Shown here piece after piece: positions 58,532 through 64,000 of a stretch of 64,000 nucleotides of DNA. The stretch lies in NCBI GenBank assembly GCA_031400975.1, contig JANNQX010000131.1, forward strand, positions 761 through 64,760, in the 5' to 3' direction. Made by a program: the position numbers and the translations under genes. Source of the DNA: Gemmatimonadota bacterium. Its GTDB lineage: Bacteria; Gemmatimonadota; Gemmatimonadetes; Gemmatimonadales; GWC2-71-9. The stretch's first letter is position 1. Each line of letters opens with the position of its first letter. The notes under the pieces are model-generated. The model made no database searches. It was not told where the DNA came from and was given only the letters and a program-made list of their open reading frames with translations.

Positions 58532-59584
58532 ATGACCCTCCCTCGCTTGATCGGTATCGTCCTGATGGCGGCCGGACTGACCCCGGCGCTTCGAGGCCAA
58601 GATTCGACCGGCCAGAGCGCCTTTGCCGGCCTCGAGAGCCGTCCTGAGGTCGATCGGTACTTGACCTACTTCACCGGACCCGCCCGGGCTCGGATGGCCG
58701 AGTGGCTGGCACGGAGCTCCCAATACCGACCGGGCATCGAATCCAAGTTGACCGGGGCTGGGCTCCCGTCGGAGTTTTCATATCTGCCGCTGATCGAGAG
58801 CGGATTCTCCAACGCCGCCGTCAGCCGGAAAGGCGCCGTCGGGATGTGGCAGCTCATGCCCGCGACGGCCCGCGAGCTCGGCCTTCGGGTCGACCCGTGG
58901 GTCGATGAACGCCGGGATGCCAATCGGGCCACCGATGCGGCCGTTCGTCACATCGGGGGCCTGACCCGAACCTTTGGATCACCCCTCTTGGCGGCCGCGG
59001 CGTACAACAGCGGGGCCGGCCGGGTGAGCCGGGGCCTCGGCCAGATACCCGGGGGCGAAGCCGGTTTTTTCGACTTGGCCAATCGCGGGCTCCTCCCGAA
59101 AGAGACCCGCAACTATGTCCCGCAACTGCTCGCGGCGGCTGCCATCGGGCGCGACCCCGGCCGGTTCGGATTTTCGGTACCGGCGCGGGGAGTGGCCCGA
59201 GTCGACTCGATCTTGATTGACCGCCCGATTCGGCTGTCGACGGCCGACCGCGCGCTAGGACTGAGCCAGTCGACCCTGGCGGAACTCAACCCCCAGCTGA
59301 TCCGCGGTGTCACGCCACCGGGCGGATCATGGCTCAAGGTCCCGCCCGGACTGACCGACGAGGTCGCCATCCGGCTTGGCAATTTGCCCGCCATCGCCGT
59401 TGATCCTAAACCGGCGGCCCAGGGAGACCGCTGGGGGCCGATTGTCTGGGTCAAGCGAGGCGACACCATCAGTGATCTCGCCGTCCGCCACGGAGTCAGC
59501 GAAGCCCGTCTCCGCCGCATGAACGCGATCCCCACCTGGTATCGCCTCCGGCCCGGCCAAGCGCTGCGACTCCCGGCGACCTAA
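58532..59584 (+). CDS. lytic transglycosylase (SLT domain) with C-terminal LysM
   Basis: 350 aa from ATG 58532 with a signal peptide. It has the SLT catalytic region LIESGFSNAAVSRKGAVGMWQLMPATA...AAAYNSG and a LysM-like C-terminus VKRGDTISDLAVRHGVSEARLRRMN. Confidence 0.88.
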   Translation: MTLPRLIGIVLMAAGLTPALRGQDSTGQSAFAGLESRPEVDRYLTYFTGPARARMAEWLARSSQYRPGIESKLTGAGLPSEFSYLPLIESGFSNAAVSRKGAVGMWQLMPATARELGLRVDPWVDERRDANRATDAAVRHIGGLTRTFGSPLLAAAAYNSGAGRVSRGLGQIPGGEAGFFDLANRGLLPKETRNYVPQLLAAAAIGRDPGRFGFSVPARGVARVDSILIDRPIRLSTADRALGLSQSTLAELNPQLIRGVTPPGGSWLKVPPGLTDEVAIRLGNLPAIAVDPKPAAQGDRWGPIVWVKRGDTISDLAVRHGVSEARLRRMNAIPTWYRLRPGQALRLPAT

Positions 59585-60183
59585 CGCCGCAGCGTGGCAA
59601 CCGGCTTCCGCGCCACCCAGAGGTGATCAGTGCGGGCCAGGACTTCCAGATGATCCGGGGGACTCAGGGTGCTTTCAACGACGACTCGGTTCCCGGGTAA
59701 GCCAGCTTCGACTGCGGCGGTCACCCACGCCGGGTCGGCCCCGTGATCGGCCGAGACCACGACGCCCCGCATGCTGGATGCCTTGATCGGTAGGCGTCCG
59801 GCCCGAACGACGCTCGTAGTTTCCGACCCCGTTACGCCCGGCGGGGGGTTCACTAACACGAGGCGAGCGCCCGGCATCAGGGACGAGACCCCGGCGGCGG
59901 ACTCTCCGGCCCCACCCACGATCGCGATGAAACCGCCGGGTCCATCGAGCCCGAGAAACGTCACGATTGTCTCAGCCGTGAGCGAGGTCTGGCCGGCCAT
60001 CGGAGCGATCGGACCGCCGAAGTCCATCTCGCCCTCGACCACCGGCACCACGGTGCCGCAGACCGGGCACCCCACCGTGCCGGCCATGACCCGGCGGCCG
60101 TCCATCCGGTCGGGAAGGAGCACGACGAACTGCTCAGCGTGATCCGCGATGCATTTCAGGTGGTCGGTGAGCTCGATGAACAT
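59581..60183 (-). CDS. hypothetical protein with Zn-ribbon-like N-terminus and Rossmann-like C-terminal half
   Basis: 200 aa from ATG 60183 (TGATG junction with the SDR gene). It has LKCIADH...GCPVCG cysteine/histidine pairs and a GGFIAIVGGAG glycine-rich loop. The function is not assignable. Confidence 0.4.
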   Translation of the reverse strand: MFIELTDHLKCIADHAEQFVVLLPDRMDGRRVMAGTVGCPVCGTVVPVVEGEMDFGGPIAPMAGQTSLTAETIVTFLGLDGPGGFIAIVGGAGESAAGVSSLMPGARLVLVNPPPGVTGSETTSVVRAGRLPIKASSMRGVVVSADHGADPAWVTAAVEAGLPGNRVVVESTLSPPDHLEVLARTDHLWVARKPVATLRR

Positions 60184-60878
60184 CACGAAGCCGGGCCGAG
60201 TTGCACCGACCCGACGTCCACGTGCCGCGGCCGGGTCGCGATCCACTGGACCGCGGCCGCGACATCCTCGGCGCGCAGCATCGACGCCCGGGGCGGAAGA
60301 TCGGTTCGGCGATCGGGATCGAACGGGTCCCACAGCGGCGTATCGACCGGACCTGGGCTCACCAGGGTGCAGAGCACCCCGGTGCCCCGATACTCTTCGC
60401 GGAGCACCTCGTGGAGACCGCGGGCCCCGAACTTGGTCGCGGCATAGGCGGCGTTGCCGGCCAGGGCCAGGTGATCGGCAATGCTCCCGATCAGCAGGTG
60501 CCGCCCGGAGCCTCTGGCTCGCATCATTGGGAGCAGGCGCCGAGCCAGCTCGTAGGGGGCCCTGAGGTTGATGGCGTAGAGCCGATCGAGGGTGCTCGCG
60601 GGCGTGGCCTCAAAGGGGCCGAGGTCGAACGCACCAGCATTGCTGACGACAAGATCGGGAACCCCGAGCGGCACGACCGCCGCGACGAGGGCATCGAGCC
60701 CCTCATCGGTGGCCAAGTCGGCGACAACATCAATGACCCCCGGGGAAGTCGGCCCAGGCAAGTGACGGGCGGTCCGTACCACCGTCGCACCCTCTCGGGC
60801 GAGAGCGGCTGCGACAGCGGCGCCAATGCCCTTCGAGGCGCCGGTAACAACGGCGAGGTGGCCAGCCAGCGCCGTCAC
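60183..60878 (-). CDS. short-chain dehydrogenase/reductase (SDR)
   Basis: 231 aa with cofactor motif VVTGASKGIGAAVA, catalytic Y...K (AAYAATKFG) and NAG. Confidence 0.9.
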   Translation of the reverse strand: MTALAGHLAVVTGASKGIGAAVAAALAREGATVVRTARHLPGPTSPGVIDVVADLATDEGLDALVAAVVPLGVPDLVVSNAGAFDLGPFEATPASTLDRLYAINLRAPYELARRLLPMMRARGSGRHLLIGSIADHLALAGNAAYAATKFGARGLHEVLREEYRGTGVLCTLVSPGPVDTPLWDPFDPDRRTDLPPRASMLRAEDVAAAVQWIATRPRHVDVGSVQLGPAS

Positions 60879-60881
60879 CGC

Positions 60882-61466
60882 CTACATCCGCCCGATTCGG
60901 GGGCCGTGTACGAGGCGAAGGAACTCTTCTCGGGTTCGGGCGTCCTCTTTGAAGACACCCCGCAGAGCGCTCGTCACCGTGGTCGAGTTCTGTTTCTCGA
61001 CGCCGCGCATCATCATGCACAGGTGGGAGGCTTCAATCACCACGCCCACGCCCGCCGGCTCCAGCACCTCCATGACGGCATCGGCCACCTGGTCGGTCAG
61101 TCGCTCTTGAACCTGCAAACGCCGCGAGAAGATCTCGACGATCCGCGGTAGTTTGGACAAGCCGATGATCCGACCCATCGGCAGGTAGGCCACATGGGCC
61201 CGGCCGAAGAACGGCAGCATGTGGTGTTCGCACATGGAGTAGAGTTCGATGTCGCGGACCAGAATCATGTTCTCGTGCGATTCGTCGAAGACACCCCCGC
61301 CGACGACATCGGCCACCGACATTTCGTAGCCGCGGGTCATCCAGCGATAGGCCTTCTCGACCCGTTCGGGGGTCCGTTGGAGTCCCGGGCGGTCGGGATC
61401 CTCGCCCATCGCCTCGATGATGGCACGGACCTGCGGTTTGATGCTAGTCGCCTCGGTATTCGACAT
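60882..61466 (-). CDS. folE: GTP cyclohydrolase I
   Basis: 194 aa with the FolE motifs [21 protein letters not shown] and QVQERLT. Confidence 0.95.
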   Translation of the reverse strand: MSNTEATSIKPQVRAIIEAMGEDPDRPGLQRTPERVEKAYRWMTRGYEMSVADVVGGGVFDESHENMILVRDIELYSMCEHHMLPFFGRAHVAYLPMGRIIGLSKLPRIVEIFSRRLQVQERLTDQVADAVMEVLEPAGVGVVIEASHLCMMMRGVEKQNSTTVTSALRGVFKEDARTREEFLRLVHGPRIGRM

Positions 61467-61857
61467 AGTTCCTCGGAGTTTCCCAGAGTCGGATCAGAGC
61501 CAATTTGCCGGCCGGGAGACAAGGGCCGATCTGCTCCCAACAATAGACCGCGATGTTCTCGGCCGATGGCATTCGGTCGCGAAACCACGGGACGTCCAGA
61601 TTCAAATTCCGGTGATCGAGATGACTGATCACGACCTCTTCCGCGATCCGCTTCACGACACCGACGTCGACCACGTACCCCGTGTCGGGGTGAATGGGTC
61701 CTTCGACGAGGATCTCAAGCTCGTAGTTGTGACCGTGATAGTTCGGATTGTTACACGGACCAAAGGTGGTCCGATTCCACTCGTCCGACTTGGCCGGGTT
61801 GTGGAGCCGGTGCGCGGCGTTGAAGTGCAGCCGCCGGGCGACGACACACGTTGGCAT
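61444..61857 (-). CDS. 6-pyruvoyl-tetrahydropterin synthase (PTPS/QueD superfamily, eukaryote-like CNNPN.HGHNY type)
   Basis: 137 aa from ATG 61857, preceded by GGAG; the ORF track starts at 61869. [10 protein letters not shown]....[22 protein letters not shown]...[13 protein letters not shown]...ENIAVYCW...VEYRGD parallels animal PTPS almost motif for motif. Confidence 0.88.
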   Translation of the reverse strand: MPTCVVARRLHFNAAHRLHNPAKSDEWNRTTFGPCNNPNYHGHNYELEILVEGPIHPDTGYVVDVGVVKRIAEEVVISHLDHRNLNLDVPWFRDRMPSAENIAVYCWEQIGPCLPAGKLALIRLWETPRNYVEYRGD

Positions 61858-61874
61858 GGCGGACTCCATTCAGG

Positions 61875-61914
61875 AAAAAGAGAGGCGCCGCCCCGACAAT
61901 CGTCGGGCAGCGCC
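61875..61914 (-). promoter_or_regulatory. terminator-like hairpin plus U5 tract in the 5' leader of the PTPS-folE operon (candidate attenuator/riboswitch expression platform)
   Basis: The minus strand reads GGCGC-UG-CCCGAC-GAUU-GUCGGG-GCG-GCGCC-UCUC-UUUUU. That is a 5+6 bp G+C-rich stem followed by a U-run, ending 18 nt before ATG 61857. Confidence 0.45.
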
Positions 61915-62060
61915 CCAACATCGGATGATACCCGAGAGGTTTATTGAAGCCCGAAGTGGAATGTTCGGCGCCCTCACCGTGAGCATCTGCCTTCCCCGAG
62001 GGGCATGGCATCAGCTACAGTATGTGGGCCCAGCTACGGACCTGTTGGCTCAAAAACTGG

Positions 62061-62090
62061 TTCCCAGATACCACCCGACAACACTATAAT
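62061..62090 (+). promoter_or_regulatory. sigma-70-like promoter candidate (TTCCCA-18 nt-TATAAT)
   Basis: A perfect TATAAT at 62085-62090 has TTCCCA 18 nt upstream. It lies 45 nt before the small-membrane-protein ATG at 62135. Confidence 0.4.
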
Positions 62091-62134
62091 AGGAACTCGG
62101 ACCGAGGCCGTCAACGCGACCAGGGAGCGGACCC

Positions 62135-62293
62135 ATGATAAATCTGATTGGCGCAATCATTGCTCTGGTTTTGTGGCTCGTCGGCACTTTCCTCGTGCCG
62201 GTTGGGCTGGGCCTGATTCACATCTTCCTCGCGGCGGGCGTTGTCCTCTTGATTCGGTGGTGGGCGTTGCGGCCGATCGGCGGCCAGGCCTAG
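62135..62293 (+). CDS. lmo0937-family small membrane protein (52 aa; below the ORF-track cutoff)
   Basis: Manual translation gives MINLIGAIIALVLWLVGTFLVPVGLGLIHIFLAAGVVLLIRWWALRPIGGQA. Two TM helices with the LWL.G....G.IHI.L....V.LIR pattern recalled for this family. Confidence 0.65.
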   Translation: MINLIGAIIALVLWLVGTFLVPVGLGLIHIFLAAGVVLLIRWWALRPIGGQA

Positions 62294-63243
62294 ATCTCCC
62301 AGTTCGAAAAGACGACGCCGACCCGAGGCACGATCTCGGGATGGTCGGCCAGGACCATCCGCAAGTCCGTCCAGTGGACTCGAAACCCGAGTGCCATCAG
62401 GTCGCCATAGGCCTCGCGAAACCCGGTTTGGCAACGAATCGTCACTCGGGCCAGCCGGCGGGCGGCTGCCTCGGCAACGAGCCCCTGTACGAGGAGGCGG
62501 AACGCCCCCGAATCGGCCGCCACCAGCTTCAGCACCCGCAATTCGCTCGCGGGCCTGGACTCCGCCAGGGCGGCCGAGTGCCAGAGCGCCGCGGCCCGCC
62601 AGCGCCCGCCTTCGCGAACCACGGTGAGATCGCCTAACGACTGCTCGACGGTGAGGGCGGCTTCTCGGCTGACGTCCAGCCCCGGCATGATCGCGGTCAC
62701 GAGGCCCTGAAGGTCGCCGATCCAAACGGCCGGGGGACCCAACCGCGAGGCCAATTCGGCCAACGGCCCGCCGGCCACCTCGGTGTCACGGGCCACCGAG
62801 ACCGTCAGGTGGGCGGGCCGGAAGCCGAGTCGGCTGTAGAATCCGATGTTGTCGACCGTCCGCGGCATGGTCTCCAACCCAATGACTCGACAGCCCTTCG
62901 CTTTCAGGAAGTCGATGCCGGCCTGAACGATTCGGCGGCCCAGGCCACGTCCTTGGCAGTCCGGTCGGACCGCGAGTGGCCCCATCCATCCCTCATGACC
63001 CAGGGCATGGACCACGTTGAACGCCGCCAAGTGGCCCTGCCCATCGCGCCAATGCAGCGCCCCGTCGCCGGCGGCGGCGATGGCAAACCGCCAGATCGCC
63101 GGGCTCAACGGCGGGACTCGAACGCCGGTCATGCCATCGCGATGGTACCGCTCCGTGAACGCATCGGAAAAGACCCGATTGACCTCATCGACATCGGCCG
63201 GAGAAAGCCGGAGCGGCCCGCGGATTTCGTTAGGCTGCGGCAC
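62290..63243 (-). CDS. GNAT-family N-acetyltransferase (two-domain)
   Basis: The acetyl-CoA-binding pattern LAVRPDCQGRGLGRRIV is present. I chose GTG 63243 as the start (14-nt overlap with the upstream gene). The ORF-track ATG at 63312 would overlap it by 83 nt. Confidence 0.75.
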   Translation of the reverse strand: MPQPNEIRGPLRLSPADVDEVNRVFSDAFTERYHRDGMTGVRVPPLSPAIWRFAIAAAGDGALHWRDGQGHLAAFNVVHALGHEGWMGPLAVRPDCQGRGLGRRIVQAGIDFLKAKGCRVIGLETMPRTVDNIGFYSRLGFRPAHLTVSVARDTEVAGGPLAELASRLGPPAVWIGDLQGLVTAIMPGLDVSREAALTVEQSLGDLTVVREGGRWRAAALWHSAALAESRPASELRVLKLVAADSGAFRLLVQGLVAEAAARRLARVTIRCQTGFREAYGDLMALGFRVHWTDLRMVLADHPEIVPRVGVVFSNWEI

Positions 63244-64000
63244 CAGGTAACTCCAAAGTCCCAAGAGGTTCGTCGTGGGCGGTCGCGACGCCCCGTTCGA
63301 GGTCGTAGGCAATCCGCACGATCCGGTCGAATCCGTCGCGGACCGACTCGACGTGGGTAATCAACACGACTTGCGGGAACCGATCCGCCAGACCACGGAG
63401 CAAATCGACCACCGCATTCCGGCGTTCTTCATCGAGTGACCCAAAGACCTCGTCAAGCACCAACATCGAAAACGGTTGCCCGGCTCGGTCGGCGATCATC
63501 TGGCTGATCGCGAGCCGGAGGGCCAAGTTCACGACGTCTTCTTCGCCGCCGGAGATGACCGTCTTGACTTCACCATCGTCCACAATCGAGGCCACGTAGT
63601 CCTCGTCGAGGTCAAGGTCCGAGTAGCGACCGCTCGTCAATTCACGAAGCAGCCCCGACGCGGCGGCGGCCAGCTCAGGCCGGAGGTCCGCGTTGAGCTC
63701 ATCGCGCAGGTCGGAAAATGCCCGATCAAGCTCTTGATTCAAGAGGAGGTCACCCTTCAGTCGGTCGACCTCAGCCAGCCGCCGGGTCCGGTCCGCCCGG
63801 CGACGGGCGACCGCGGCCTGGTGCTCGATCGCCCCGGTCCGCTCGCCGGCGGCCCGTACCGCCGCCACCACCGCCGCCTCCCGCTCTCGGTCGGCGGTCG
63901 CGAACGCCACCCGCACTTGCTCATAGACCTCGGCCGACCAACCTAACGCGACCAACCGGCCCGCCAGCTCCACCACCCTGACCTCGATCCGGGTCAGGGC
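63230..64000 (-). CDS. SbcC/Rad50-like ATPase, C-terminal part (5' end outside the window)
   Basis: The frame stays open to the window edge. Coiled-coil sequence is followed by the signature SGGEEDVVNLALRLAIS, Walker B MLVLDEVFGSLD and H-loop VVLITH. Confidence 0.75.
   Translation of the reverse strand, partial: ALTRIEVRVVELAGRLVALGWSAEVYEQVRVAFATADREREAAVVAAVRAAGERTGAIEHQAAVARRRADRTRRLAEVDRLKGDLLLNQELDRAFSDLRDELNADLRPELAAAASGLLRELTSGRYSDLDLDEDYVASIVDDGEVKTVISGGEEDVVNLALRLAISQMIADRAGQPFSMLVLDEVFGSLDEERRNAVVDLLRGLADRFPQVVLITHVESVRDGFDRIVRIAYDLERGVATAHDEPLGTLELPGAAA

Overview
High-G+C bacterial chromosomal segment. The lineage cannot be determined from the window alone. The fused ccoNO and the recF-DUF721-gyrB synteny fit a Gemmatimonadota/FCB-like organism, but that is inference only. 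The window is densely coding (about 70 genes), and many gene junctions are ATGA/GTGA start-stop overlaps.

Layout:
- 1-2.7 kb: partial tRNA-Thr, cysS, MscS-family channel.
- 2.7-20.3 kb: respiratory/stress block. It holds a CcoP-like cytochrome c, two tandem-USP genes, a DUF2892 gene, a GAF histidine kinase with an OmpR-type regulator, a P-type ATPase with a TPC motif, an Hpt protein, a decayed response-regulator/HD-GYP pseudogene, a GMC oxidoreductase, and a complete cbb3 oxidase cluster (ccoNO-Q-P-G-H, DsbD_2/TauE-like gene, ccoI-S).
- 20.3-30.1 kb: one co-directional minus-strand block. In transcription order it is uvrA, a Ser/Thr kinase, a 71-aa ORF, eight tandem small paralogs with PspB-like architecture, a YbjN-like gene, pspA and a DUF1611 gene.
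- 30.2-37.6 kb: ATP-grasp / TPR / transglutaminase-like / ABC exporter / lipoprotein cluster.
- 37.6-64 kb: mostly housekeeping. It includes ccmE, glpK, recF, gyrB, ligA, a thymidine phosphorylase, a TldD/PmbA pair, a fatty-acid CoA ligase, a lytic transglycosylase, a PTPS-folE-SDR pterin cluster, a GNAT gene and a partial sbcC-like gene.

Most notable observation: the translationally coupled array of eight PspB-like mini membrane proteins placed directly upstream of a YbjN-like gene and pspA (21523-25096). It looks like an expanded Psp-type envelope-stress module that I cannot match to any described system.

Other anomalies:
- a compensated double frameshift inside glpK;
- a degraded HD-GYP regulator gene;
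- an orphan CcmE whose haem-binding His is replaced by Cys;
- a mono-haem CcoP together with a stand-alone CcoP-like cytochrome;
- a eukaryote-like PTPS in a BH4-type gene set, preceded by a terminator-like leader hairpin.

I recognised no CRISPR array, rRNA, transposase or integrase.
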